NCBI GenBank assembly: GCA_963798085.1
Contig: CAWCRS010000009.1
Span: 1 to 64,000, forward strand
DNA: 64,000 nucleotides
Direction of reading: 5' to 3'
Source of the DNA: an uncultured Gemmatimonadales bacterium
GTDB lineage: Bacteria; Gemmatimonadota; Gemmatimonadetes; Longimicrobiales; RSA9
Position 1 is the first letter of the stretch, and each line of letters begins with the position of its first letter. The notes under the pieces were generated by a model that was not told where the DNA came from, did not search any database, and saw only the letters and a program-made list of their open reading frames with translations. The position numbers and the translations under genes were made by a program. Of this stretch, positions 1-10,679 are shown piece by piece.

Positions 1-1818
1 CGGCACCGCCAGCGAACCCACCGCGTTCCCGATCCCTTGCGAACAGTCGTTTCGCCAGCGTCTGATTGATGATCACCGTGCCCGGCCCGCCGGCGCCATC
101 CCCTGTTCTCGCTGAACTCACGCCCTGCCAGCACCGGGATCCCCATGGCGCGGAAATAGCCCGCGCTGCCGGCCCGCAGGGCGCTCAACACCGCGGCTTC
201 CGGCTTCAGCGGGTCGGCACCACCGCAGGCATGCCCAGAATTCCTAACGAGCTGTCAGGATAGCCCGTGACTGCACCCGCAGCCTGCACCTCCGGCAGCC
301 GGGCGATCTGCTCGAGCACGTTGCGAAACGCTGCCACCGTGTCTCGCCGGCGCCATAGCGCGCGAACGGCAGAGTGAGGTGCAGCGTGAGCAGGTGGTCC
401 GCCTGAGCCGCTAATCCCCCGCTGCAGCAGCGCCGCGAAGCTGCGCACCACGAGTCCGCCTCCCACCAGCAGCACGATGGACAGGGCGACTTCGGCGACG
501 ACCAGCAGGGACTGCAGCCCGTGCCGGCTCAGTCCCACGATGGTGCGGCTCTGCGCGCGCAGCGCATCGCCGGGAGCCGTAGCCGCGCTGCGCAGGGAGG
601 GCAGCAGGCCGCAGAGCACGCCGGACAGCGCGGCCGCAAACGCCGCGAACAGCAAGACCGGAAGGTCGACGCGCACTTCACCGATGCGCGGCGTGTACTG
701 CGGCATCATGGTGGACAGCGCCTGCGTTCCGGCGCGCGCCAGGAACAGGCCCGCCAGGCCGCCCAGCAGTGCGATCAGCATGGACTCGCTAAGCACCTGT
801 CGCGCCAGCCGCCGGCGCCCCGCGCCCAGTGCGGCGCGCAGCGCCAGCTCGTGCCGCCGCGTCGTGTTCCTGGCCAGGAATACGCTTGCGATGTTCACGC
901 ACGCCATGAGCAGCAGCACGCCCACGGCGCCCAGCAGGGCGCCGAACGCCGCGCGGTACCCGATCAGCAGCTGCTCCACAACCGGCGAGAGCTTCACGGT
1001 CCAGCCGTCATTCGTTGCCGGATAGGTCTTCGCCAACGCGCTCGCGACTGCCGTCATTCCGGCCCGGGCCTGGCCCAGCGAAACGCCCGGCTTGAGCCGC
1101 CCGATCGCACGCACGTAGCGCTGGCTGCGATCCATGGACGGATCCCAGGGATGCAGCGGCTGCCACACATTGCTCTCGCCATGATCTGCGGGAAACCGCG
1201 AGTTCGCGCGGCATCACGCCCACACCATCGGTGTAGCTCAGCCCGTTCATGCTGAAGGTTTTGCCCAGCACCTGACGGTCCGCGGCGAAATGCTTGCGCC
1301 AGAAAGCGTCACTCAGAATCAGAACCGGACCCTGCTGGCCTTCGACGTCGGCATTGTTGAAGGCGCAACCCAGCGCCGGCTTCACGCCCAGCAGCGGAAA
1401 CAGATCGGGCGGCAGCTGATACGCGACGATGCGTATCGCCTCGCCGTCCACGGCGGCAAAGCCGGCGCCGTACGCGTAACCCGCCAGCGCCGCGAACGAA
1501 TGGGCATCGCGGGCGGTAATCCTCCAACTCGGGCGCGGAGACGTAGACGCCACCGCCGCCGCGATAGACGTCCCCGATATCCACGAGCTGTTCCGCGTGC
1601 GCGTACGGCATTGGCTTGAGCGAGATGGCCCACGCCAGACCGAAGATCGCCGTGCTCGCGCCTATGCCCAGCGCCAGTGTCAACAGCGCTGTCAGCGAGA
1701 ATGCAGGCGAGCGGCGCAGTGACCGGGCTGCGTGTCGGAGATCGTGCAACAGCGTTTCCAGGAGATGCCGGGAAGCCTGGAGCAGACTGGAGGCGCTGCG
1801 TGGTTCGTGCCCGGTCAT
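1..1818 (-). CDS. ABC transporter permease, duplicated MacB/FtsX-like (ADOP-type); runs off the left edge; frameshifted
   Basis: Fragments 1309-1869, 1008-1553 and 206-1168 join into the family pattern (DLRHAARSLRRSPAFSLTALLTLALGIGASTAIF; LLMACVNIASVFLARNTTRRHELALRAALGAGRRRLARQVLSES; LVVAEVALSIVLLVGGGL). ATG at 1818 with a GGAGG RBS. Confidence 0.9.
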
Positions 1819-2145
1819 GGGATCCTCCGCGGCGGAGTGAGGGCAGTAGTGTGAGGGCCGGTCGCGCACGTTGGACGCACAGGCGCCATACGCGCGTTAC
1901 GCCCGAGTGATCCCTTGCGTTACACTGGGCGGAAGGCGGGAAATCAGGGGCGAGGCGCAGCGTTTCGCCGGTTGGGCTGGAAGCGGCCTGCTCGCGAAAG
2001 CGGTGTCAGTCGTCCAGGGATTTCGACGGCCTGTTCGACGCATACGAGTCGGTCGCGGCGCGAGAGGCATTGCGGGTGGCCTAGCGGATGTCAGCCATGA
2101 TGCGGGCGGCCGGCACACACGGTTGCGGCGCTGCCCGGTGCACGA

Positions 2146-2870
2146 CTAACGGTCTGTTTCAGCGTTCAATGCGGGCGTGCAGTGTGGATCAGAGCTGCGG
2201 GTCTCCCTCTGATGTCGAGGCGTTGCCGCCCTCCAGTACGGGCCCTGATGACCCGCGCGCATGCCGCCGCCGGCGTTCTCGCCATAGCCGGAATACAGCC
2301 GGTCGACCACATCCATACCTTCCGCGATGCGGCCGAATATGGCGAAGCCCTGTGAGTCCAGGCGCAGGTTGTCGACCAGATTGATGTAGACCTGCGTGTT
2401 GCGCGTCTCCGGCCCCGTCGTCGCAAAGGCGATGGTGCCGCGCACGTTGCTCTGCCGCGCGCTGTCATCCGCGACATGGAAGCCACGCCACACCGCGTTC
2501 ACGGCCGGATCGCCATGCACGCCGAACTGCGCGATGAAACCCGCAACCACGCGGTTGATCCGTACGCCGTCGTAGTAGCCGCTGCGCACGAGCGCCCAGA
2601 ACCGGTCCGCGCCCAGCGGCGCCCAGGAACGCTCCACCTCGACCATAAACACGCCGCGGCTGGTCTCGAAGCGCGCGCGATAATGCGCGGGCGCGTGGCT
2701 CGCGCCACACCGCCGCATGCAGGGTCGAGCAGCGCCGCCGGCGTGGCTGCGCCCCGCCTGGTCGCGCCGACCGCCCGCCGTACCTGTACGGCCCCGGCCA
2801 GCCCGGTGCGCACAGCCAGCCACCATGCAACGACGAACGCGAGCAGAACGACAGCATGGCACCGGCGCAA
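2146..2870 (-). CDS. Cyclophilin-type peptidyl-prolyl cis-trans isomerase, probably exported; frameshifted
   Basis: APLGADRFWALVRSGYYDGVRINRVVAGFIAQFG, SNVRGTIAFATTGPETRNTQVYINLVDNLRLDSQGFAIFGRIAEGMDVVD. Hydrophobic N-terminus lies in another frame; both ends approximate. Confidence 0.85.
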
Positions 2871-3069
2871 AGGCTGCCGCGTCTGCCGTGCGCGGGCGCC
2901 GTCGCCGGACGGCTAACCAGCAGCCTCTCAGCCGGAACGTGATCGGATCATCTCCAGACCTCCGTGACTGCGTTACTCTTTCGAAGCGACCGCGAGCGAA
3001 ACCATACAGGAGAATCCGCGCCCGGGCCAGAATCAGCTTCGACCGTCATCTGAGGCGCACCCGGCGTGG

Positions 3070-3601
3070 TCAGCCTGGGGGTGGGCGCAGGCCCTCGAGG
3101 AAGTACGCAGCCAGCTCGGCGCGCCCGCCGAGGCCGGATTTCCGATAGACGGCGACGGCATGCTGACGCACCGTCCGTTCGCTTCGGGCCGTCTTCTGTG
3201 CGATGCGTTTGTGGCTGTATCCCTTCAGCACCATGCAAGAGCGCGTCTCGCGCTCGGCGTCGGTCAATCCCCAGGCACGGAATTGCTGATCGATCGCTTC
3301 CGCCAGCCCGGTGAGAAGTCGCTCGGCGCTGGCCTGCCAGGCATCCCGCTCCGCCTGGCGCACCCGCAGCAGGGCCTCCAGGCGGTTGACAGACGAAGCG
3401 CGCGTACCAGCGCCAACCCAGGTAGATGGCCACACCGAGACTCACGGCCATGGTACTCAGCTCGAACAGTACATGCGGCGTAACCCAGGACTTCGGCCGG
3501 TCCAGCACCAGGTCGATCGCCGCGCCGACCGAGATCAGCGTTACGACGACGACCAGCGTGAGCCGCACCGTCGCGGCATCCTCGGAGTGTTCAGGCAGCA
3601 A
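3070..3601 (-). CDS. Membrane-anchored LuxR-family HTH regulator (two TM helices); frameshifted
   Basis: Two TM segments in ORF 2948-3601 and a LuxR HTH (WGLTDAERET...KGYSHKRIAQKTARSERTVRQHAVAVYRKSGLGGRAELAAYFLE) in ORF 3070-3435. TTG start with GGAGG. Confidence 0.85.
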
Positions 3602-3754
3602 CGCACCCTCCGACTAGTGTCTCGTCGGGACTCGTCCCGGCGCGTTTACGATACGGGCCCGAGCCTTCTGGAGCATCTGCCGGATGGACGCGGACCCGCC
3701 GGCGAGCGAGGCTTGCCTCGTTGTTCATGTCCTCACGATTCGGGAGGTTCCGAC

Positions 3755-4618
3755 ATGTTGCCGCATCCACTGCATCCCGCCCTCGTCCATTTCCCCATTG
3801 TCCTGGCGCTGCTCATGCCTGTCGTCATCGCCAGCGCGTGGCTGGTGGTCCACCGCACGCGCCGGTCGCGCGTCCCGTGGGCAGTCGTCGTCGGCGCCGC
3901 CGGGGCGCTGTTCCTGGCGGCCTGGCTCTCCGTGCGTACGGGCCAGCGACAGGAGGACCGGGTCGAGGCGTACGTCACACGCGGCGCTTTGCATGAGCAC
4001 AAGGAAGCGGCCGAGCGGTTCCTCCTCATGGCCGGAATTGCTCTGGTGATCGCGCCGCTCGGCATGATCGGCGGCCGCCTCGGCCAGGCGGGTCGCGCCG
4101 CCACGGCCATCGCTTCCGCTATCCTCGCGTATTCCGTCGTCGGCGTCGGTCGGTCTGGCGGCCACCTCGTCTACCGCCAGGGTGCGGCGCAGGCGTACAC
4201 CGCCGGCGCGACGCTCGTGAGCCGGGCAGGCACTCGGCCGAAGACGCGCTCCACCCTGCCCGGCGGGCGGGCCGGAGAGCCCTGGCGCGCCGCGGAACGC
4301 GAGGGAGAGCGAGGAGCGCGAAGCCGACCGATGAGCGGGGACCGGCGACACGCGGGGCAGTGCGCACCCCCCGCGATCGGCCGCCTGCCCGCCGTAGCGC
4401 ACAGCTCCATATCAGGCCGCATCGTCGCCTGCAATGCGTGCAGGCTGAAGGCGACGATGCCGCTCCGGCTCTGCACCGCACGCCCGACGCTTGCTGGTGA
4501 CACTTGCGCGCCGCGCCGGGCGGAGTACACTGGCAGGTCCACCGCGTGCCGTGTACGGCGCCGTCCGGCCGAATTCCTCAACCGCGGCCCGCGCAAGGGC
4601 CGACTCCTGCAACCATAG
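3755..4618 (+). CDS. DUF2231-like membrane protein; true 3' end probably earlier (about 4250-4340)
   Basis: MLPHPLHPALVHFPIVL...HEHKEAAE...GRSGGHLVY, four hydrophobic segments, GGAGG RBS before ATG 3755. The tail after about 4250 looks non-coding. Confidence 0.8.
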   Translation: MLPHPLHPALVHFPIVLALLMPVVIASAWLVVHRTRRSRVPWAVVVGAAGALFLAAWLSVRTGQRQEDRVEAYVTRGALHEHKEAAERFLLMAGIALVIAPLGMIGGRLGQAGRAATAIASAILAYSVVGVGRSGGHLVYRQGAAQAYTAGATLVSRAGTRPKTRSTLPGGRAGEPWRAAEREGERGARSRPMSGDRRHAGQCAPPAIGRLPAVAHSSISGRIVACNACRLKATMPLRLCTARPTLAGDTCAPRRAEYTGRSTACRVRRRPAEFLNRGPRKGRLLQP

Positions 4619-4660
4619 ATCGATCGGCAGCGGCGCATCCCCTACCGAGCTGGGGTGACC

Positions 4661-4840
4661 ATGGTCCAGGCGACTCTGGGCAGCTTTTCCCAGCTGTTCG
4701 GCAGCTTCAACGATGTCGCCGTGATCCTCGGCGTCATTGCCATTGCGTTCGTTCTGTTCTGGGAAGCCGCAATCGTCGTTTCGGCCTTTCTCGCAACGTC
4801 CTTCCGAGCGCAGGCCCCGCCGGCGGCAGAGCCGCGCTAG
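4661..4840 (+). CDS. Small single/double-TM hypothetical protein (59 aa)
   Basis: MVQATLGSFSQLFGSFNDVAVILGVIAIAFVLFWEAAIVVSAFLATSFRAQAPPAAEPR; protein-like hydrophobic composition unlike shadow ORFs. Confidence 0.55.
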   Translation: MVQATLGSFSQLFGSFNDVAVILGVIAIAFVLFWEAAIVVSAFLATSFRAQAPPAAEPR

Positions 4841-5015
4841 CCGTCATCACACCGCGCAGCATTTGCGCGCGCGGGTCCCTGACGACCGGCCTTTCCTCGG
4901 GTCTTTCTCCTGTCGTGTTCGTGTTAGCGCGATACTCCCCAAGGCCGCTGCAGTAACCATCAACGACAACCCATGCGTTAGTCCCTGCGATCGACGGGTT
5001 GCTCGCGTCGGCGTT

Positions 5016-5279
5016 ATGCCGCCCGGAAAAGCCGGCCCTTACGCGGCCCCTGACCTCGTCCACCTCATGGTGCTGCTTCGTGACGGTGTCAGCCTCGCGG
5101 TCCGCCGACGGCCCGCGACAGCCGCCAGCCCGCCGTGGAGTGGCTGCGACATGTGCAGCCAGTCCGGCGAGCGACGCTGGTTTGCTGGCTGCAGGGATTG
5201 CATGCCGCCTGTCGATCCAGATCATGCCGCGGCCGTGCTCCAGATTGTCCCCGGCTTCGCCTGCCGCGCGCCGCCCTGA
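5016..5279 (+). CDS. Putative leader (uORF) with two CxxC motifs and C-terminal RAPP, DUF2946/arrest-peptide-like
   Basis: ATG 5016 gives MPPGKAGPYAAPDLVHLMVLLRDGVSLAV...GCDMCSQ...GCRDCMPP...GFACRAPP-TGA(5277-5279). Stop lies 25 nt before the next start; start codon uncertain. Confidence 0.5.
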   Translation: MPPGKAGPYAAPDLVHLMVLLRDGVSLAVRRRPATAASPPWSGCDMCSQSGERRWFAGCRDCMPPVDPDHAAAVLQIVPGFACRAPP

Positions 5280-5304
5280 CTTCGCGACCCCGATGAGGTT
5301 CACC

Positions 5305-7773
5305 ATGCTGATGCTTCCCCGCGTTCTCCGTCCCATCCTGCCGGCGGGTTTTCTGCTGGCCGCGCTGGCCGCCGCCGGCGGTCTGCAGGCGCAGACCTTC
5401 CGTTACGGCTCGAGCCAGCCCATGCTCGCCGGCTTCGGCAACGCCGTCGCCGTGAGCGCGGGCGAGGTGTTCGTGGCGGAGTCGCGCAACTCGATGCGGC
5501 CCGGGCTGGTCTACATCTACCACAAGGGCGCTTCCGGCTGGGGCGAGGCGGCCCAGCTGAAGGCCGCGGAAGCGGCCGATGGCGACGGCTTCGGCTCCGC
5601 GCTGGCGGTGGACGGGCGCACGCTGGTGGTGGGGGCCACCACGCAAATGGCGCTGTACGTATTCACGAAGACGCCTGCCGGCGCCTGGCGCCAGGTGGCG
5701 AAGCTGAGCAGCCCCGAGACCAGTCCCAACAGCGGGTTCGGCAACGCCCTCGCCGTGAAGGGCGATGTGCTGCTGGCGGGCGTGGCCGGCGCCGATGACC
5801 GCGCCGGCGCCGTGTACGTGTACCGGCGGGATGCCGCGGGCACGTGGAGCGCCGCCGGCCGCCTGCCGGTGAGCGACCTGGCCGCGGGCGACCAGTTCGG
5901 TGCCACCGTGGCGTTCGACGGCGCGCACGCGGCGGTGGGCGCGCCCTTCCGCAACAGCCGCGTGGGTGCGGTCTACCTCTATGCCTGGCAGAAAGGCGAG
6001 TGGGGCACGCCCATGGCGTTCGGCGCGCCCGTCCTGGGCGCGGGGCGCGGCGCGCCGGGCGGACCGCCGCCGGCGGCACCGCCCGTGGGCTTCGGCGCGG
6101 CCGTCCAGCTGGATGGCGATCACCTCTTCGTGGGCGCGCCCGTGTGGGAAGGAGCCACCGGCGCCGTCTTCGCCTACCGCTGGGAGGCGCAGAGCAACCA
6201 GTGGGTCACGGACGGCCGGCTGCTCCCCTTCGACGGCGCGCCGCAGCAGCTCTTCGGCACCGCGCTGGCGGCGGCCGGCAACACCGTGTGGGTGGGCGCG
6301 CCCGCCAGCTTCTCGCCCGGCAGCGTCTACATCTTCAGCCGGCGCGCGAACGGCGGTCTGTGGAGCGGCGTGCAGCGCCTGACCGTGCCGGACACGACCC
6401 GCGGTCAGTCCTTCGCCAACGCGATCGCGCTGGGGGCCGACGTAGCGGTAGTGGGCGCCATGAGCCAGGACCACGGCGCCGGCACGGCCGTGATCTACGA
6501 TCGGACAGGCGGCGCCGCGCAGCTGGTGGGCCACACGATCGCGAGCAAGGCGGAAGCACTGGCACCCATCGTCGGCGGCAAGGTCGACTGCACCAGCCGG
6601 AAGGCGAAGAACCTGTTCGACTGCAATGACGTCGACCTGCTCGGCTTCCTTCCCGTCAGCGCGATCGGCGGCGAACGCGGCATCAACCTCAACGACGACT
6701 GGGGCTGGACCGATCCCGAGACGGGCAAGGAGTACGCACTCGTGGGCCGCACGGATGGCGCGGCCTTCGTCGACATCAGTAATCCCTCACGCCCGGTCTA
6801 CGTGGGGCAGCTCATGCGCACGCCCGGCGCGAATGTCAGTGCCTGGCGCGACATCAAGACCTACAAGGATCACGCGTACATCGTGTCCGATGGCGCTGGC
6901 GATCACGGCATGCAGGTCTTCGATCTGACGAAGCTGCGCCAGTACAAGGGCACACCCATCAGCTTCAAGCCGGACACCGTGTATCACAACATCCACAGCG
7001 CGCACAACATCGTGATCAACGAGGAGAGCGGCTACGCCTATGCCGTGGGCAGCAGTTCGGGTGGCGAGACGTGCGGCGGCGGACTGCACATGATCGACAT
7101 CCGCGATCCCGATCATCCGAAGTTCGCGGGCTGCTTCTCCGATCCGCAGACCGGGCGCAGCAGCACTGGCTACACGCATGACGCACAGTGCGTGATGTAT
7201 CACGGTCCGGACCGCGACTACCAGGGTCGCGAAATCTGCCTGGGCTCGAACGAGACCATGCTGTCCATCGCGGACGTGACCGACAAGCAGAACCCGAAGG
7301 CCATATCGCGCATTGGCTATCCCAACGTGGGTTACACGCACCAGGGCTGGCTGACCGACGATCAGCGCTACTTCCTCATGGACGATGAGCTGGACGAGAT
7401 CCAGCAGATGCAGGCGGGCACGCCGCTGGCCGGCACGCGCACGCTGATCTGGGACCTCAGCGATCTGGATGACCCGCAGCTGATGAAGGAATTCCTGGGC
7501 GCCACCAAAGCTTCGGACCACAACCTCTACATCAAGGGCAACCTGGTGTTCGAGTCGGACTATGCGGCCGGACTCCGCATCCTCGACATCAGCGACATCC
7601 GGAATCCCGTCGAAGTCGCCTTCTTCGACACCAGCCCGTTCGGCGAGAACATGCCCGGCTTCTCCGGCTCCTGGAGCAACTATCCATTCTTCAAGAGCGG
7701 CAACGTCGCGGTGACCAGCATCCGTGAGGGCCTGTTCATCGTGAAGAAGCGACCGACGCGGCCGGTTTCCTGA
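5305..7773 (+). CDS. Choice-of-anchor B family secreted protein (FG-GAP-type propeller plus LVIVD-like repeats), copy 1
   Basis: Signal peptide (AGGLQAQ), repeated FGxAVAV/VGAP/GAVYVY blades, then NDDWGWTDPETGKEYALVG, SAWRDIKTY, HSAHNIVIN, GYTHDAQCV, YTHQGW, SDHNLY, GSWSNYPFFKSG. GAGGT RBS. Confidence 0.88.
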   Translation: MLMLPRVLRPILPAGFLLAALAAAGGLQAQTFRYGSSQPMLAGFGNAVAVSAGEVFVAESRNSMRPGLVYIYHKGASGWGEAAQLKAAEAADGDGFGSALAVDGRTLVVGATTQMALYVFTKTPAGAWRQVAKLSSPETSPNSGFGNALAVKGDVLLAGVAGADDRAGAVYVYRRDAAGTWSAAGRLPVSDLAAGDQFGATVAFDGAHAAVGAPFRNSRVGAVYLYAWQKGEWGTPMAFGAPVLGAGRGAPGGPPPAAPPVGFGAAVQLDGDHLFVGAPVWEGATGAVFAYRWEAQSNQWVTDGRLLPFDGAPQQLFGTALAAAGNTVWVGAPASFSPGSVYIFSRRANGGLWSGVQRLTVPDTTRGQSFANAIALGADVAVVGAMSQDHGAGTAVIYDRTGGAAQLVGHTIASKAEALAPIVGGKVDCTSRKAKNLFDCNDVDLLGFLPVSAIGGERGINLNDDWGWTDPETGKEYALVGRTDGAAFVDISNPSRPVYVGQLMRTPGANVSAWRDIKTYKDHAYIVSDGAGDHGMQVFDLTKLRQYKGTPISFKPDTVYHNIHSAHNIVINEESGYAYAVGSSSGGETCGGGLHMIDIRDPDHPKFAGCFSDPQTGRSSTGYTHDAQCVMYHGPDRDYQGREICLGSNETMLSIADVTDKQNPKAISRIGYPNVGYTHQGWLTDDQRYFLMDDELDEIQQMQAGTPLAGTRTLIWDLSDLDDPQLMKEFLGATKASDHNLYIKGNLVFESDYAAGLRILDISDIRNPVEVAFFDTSPFGENMPGFSGSWSNYPFFKSGNVAVTSIREGLFIVKKRPTRPVS

Positions 7774-8134
7774 CCGCTCGTTGCGGGCTGGCCGTCCCGC
7801 GCTGGGACCGCGGGGACGGCGGGGTGCGATGGCCTGGCCCCGCCGCCCGCGCCCGGGAAAAACGCTCGACTGCGTAGCGTTGCGCGCAGACGGCCGCGTC
7901 CGATTCGGCGCGCGCCGACTGCGGCGCGATTCCGCCCCCGCCCGCTCACGTCTGGTGGCGCTCACGCATCCGGGCGCACCTGCGGCGTTTCGCGCCCACC
8001 GGTCCGTGCGAACTTCGCGGTTCTGATGGGTGTTCAAACGATCCCGGCCCCGCGTAGATTGTCCACCCCGAACGCTGGGCCGGCGGCTGCCGCCGGTCCT
8101 CTGGAGAACCTCGGTCATCACACATGAGGTCGCC

Positions 8135-10679
8135 ATGACGAATCCTGTGCCACCATTCCGCCGCGCACTTGGCGCGCTGGCCGCGGCCTGTGCGCTCAGC
8201 GCGTCCGCGCTCGCCGCGCAGACGTATGTGTCGCCGTACTCGAGCCTGCCCGCGCTGGGCGCGTTCGGCGGCGCCGTCGCCGTGGGCAATGGCGAGCTGT
8301 TCATCGGGGAGCCACGCAATTCCATGCGCTCCGGCATGGTCTACGTGTACCGCAAGGGCGCGAGTGGCTGGGCGGAGGCGACACAGCTGAAAGCCGCCGA
8401 CGCGGAGTACAGCGATGGCTTCGGTTCCGGCCTCGCCGTGGATGGCCGCACGCTCGTCGTGGGCGCATCTGCGCAGGGCGCGATCTACGTCTTCCAGAAA
8501 GACGCGGCCGGCGCCTGGAAGCAGGCCGCGAAACTGACGGCCGGTGATCCCGCCGCCAGTGAGGGCTTCGGCACTTCCCTCGCCGTCAAGGGCGATGTGC
8601 TCCTCGCCGGCGCAGCCGGTGGCCCGGTGGGCGGCTTTGGCGGCTTCGGCGGGCGAGGCGGCGCGGCAGCGGAACGGCCCGCGGGTACCGTGTACGTGTT
8701 CCGCCGCGATGCCTCGGGCACCTGGGCCGCGGCCGGCTCGATGAAGTCGCCGGACAGCACGAGTGGCGACCTGTTCGGCGCCGCGCTCGCGTTCGATGGC
8801 CTGCGCGCCGCGATTGGCGCGCCCGGCATGAGCGAGCGCGCCGGCCAGGTCTACCTCTACGAAGTGCAGAACGGCAACTGGAATGCGACCGGCTCGATCA
8901 CCACGCCGGAGAATCGTCCGTTCGGCCGGCGAGGCGGAGGGCAGGGGCGCGGCGGCCCGGCGCCGGCGCCTGCGACGCCGCCCACCGGCTCGTTCGGCGC
9001 GTCCGTACGCCTCGAGAACGACCATTCTGTTCGTGGGCGCGCCGACGTACGACGCGTCCACCGGCGCGGTCTTCTCCTTCAGCTGGGACGCGCAGGCCAA
9101 CGACTGGACGCCGGCCGGCCGGCTGCTGCCCTTCGAGGGCAACCCGCAGCAGCAGTTCGGCAGCGCCGTCGCTTCTTCTAACGACGCGTTATGGGTGGGC
9201 GCGCCCGGCGGCGGCGGCCGCGGCGGCAACCCCGGCGCCGTCTACATCTTCGATCGCTCGAGCGACGGCTGGAATGGTGTGCGACGACTCACCGTCCCCG
9301 ATACTTCGCGGGGCGGCAGCTTCGCCACCTCACTCGCCGTGGGCAACGACGTCGCCGTCGTCGGCGCTTCCGGCCAGGACAATGGCGCCGGCACGGCCGT
9401 GATCTACGATCGCGCCGGCCGCAGCGCGCAGTGGGCGAACCACATCGTCGCCAGCAAGCCGGAAGCCATCCCCGCCATGGTCGGGAAGAAGAACGATTGC
9501 ACCACGAAGAAGATCGGATTGTTCGACTGCAACGAAGTCGACCTGATGGCGTTCCTGCCGCCCACGGCCATGGGCGGCGCACGCGGTATCGGCGTCAATG
9601 ACGACTGGGGCTGGACCGACCCGCAGACCAACCACGAGTACGCGCTCGTGGGGCGCACGGACGGCACCGCGTTCGTCGACATTACCGACCCGTCGCATCC
9701 CGTCTATGTGGGCCAGATGATGAAGACGAAGGGCGCGCCCGTCAGCATCTGGCGCGACATCAAGACCTACAAGAACCACGCCTATGTCGTGGCCGACGCG
9801 TCCGGCGATCACGGCGTGCAGGTCTTCGACCTGACGAAACTGCGTGAGTACAAGGGCACGCCCATCAACTTCGAGCCCGTTACCACGTACCACGACGTTC
9901 ACAGCGCACACAACATCGTGATCGACGAGCAGAGCGGCTACGCCTACTCGGTCGGCAGCAGCTCGGGCGGTGAGACCTGCGGCGGCGGCCTGCACATGAT
10001 CGACATCCGCGATCCCGAGCATCCGAAATTCGCCGGCTGCTTCGCCGATCCGCAGACGGGCCGCAGCAATACCGGCTACTCGCACGATGCGCAGTGCGTG
10101 ATGTACCACGGCCCCGACCAGGACTACCAGAATCACGAGATCTGCGTCGGGCTGAACGAGACCATGCTGTCCATTGCTGATGTGACGGACAAGCAGAACC
10201 CGAAGGCCATTGCCCGCATCGGCTACCCCAACGTCGCCTACGCGCACCAGGGCTGGTTCACCGAGGACCAGAAGTATTTCTTCACGGATGACGAGAGCGA
10301 TGAGATCGCGCAGAACCGCGCCGGCACGCCCTTCCCCGGCACGCGCACGCTCATCTGGGACTTCACCGACCTGGATGACCCGCAGCTGGCGAAGGAGTTC
10401 TTCGGCACCACCAGGGCCTCCGACCACAACCTGTACATCAAGGGCAACCTCGTGTACGAGGCTAACTACCTGTCAGGTCTGCGCATTCTCGACATCTCGG
10501 ACCCCAGGAATCCGGTCGAGGTCGGCTCCTTCGACACCGTTCCCTTCGGCGACAACGTGCCCAGCATGTCCGGCGCGTGGAGCAATTACCCGTTCTTCAA
10601 GAGCGGCACCATCATCATCACCAGCGAGCGGGAAGGCCTCTTCATCGTGAAGAAGCGGCCCACGCGTCCCGTCTCCTGA
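8135..10679 (+). CDS. Choice-of-anchor B family secreted protein, copy 2; one frameshift near 9025
   Basis: ORFs 8030-9181 and 8883-10679 join into a co-linear paralog of copy 1 with the identical C-terminus FIVKKRPTRPVS. GAGGT RBS before ATG 8135. Confidence 0.88.

Noticed and set aside
4999..5304. N-terminal extension of the 924 aa ORF
   Set aside because: RBS and signal peptide point to ATG 5305, matching the paralog start; the region is better explained by the overlapping RAPP ORF or non-coding DNA.
5089..10427. Long minus-strand ORFs (481, 516, 427, 365 aa)
   Set aside because: Antisense shadows of the choice-of-anchor B genes, expected in high-GC DNA; no family motifs.
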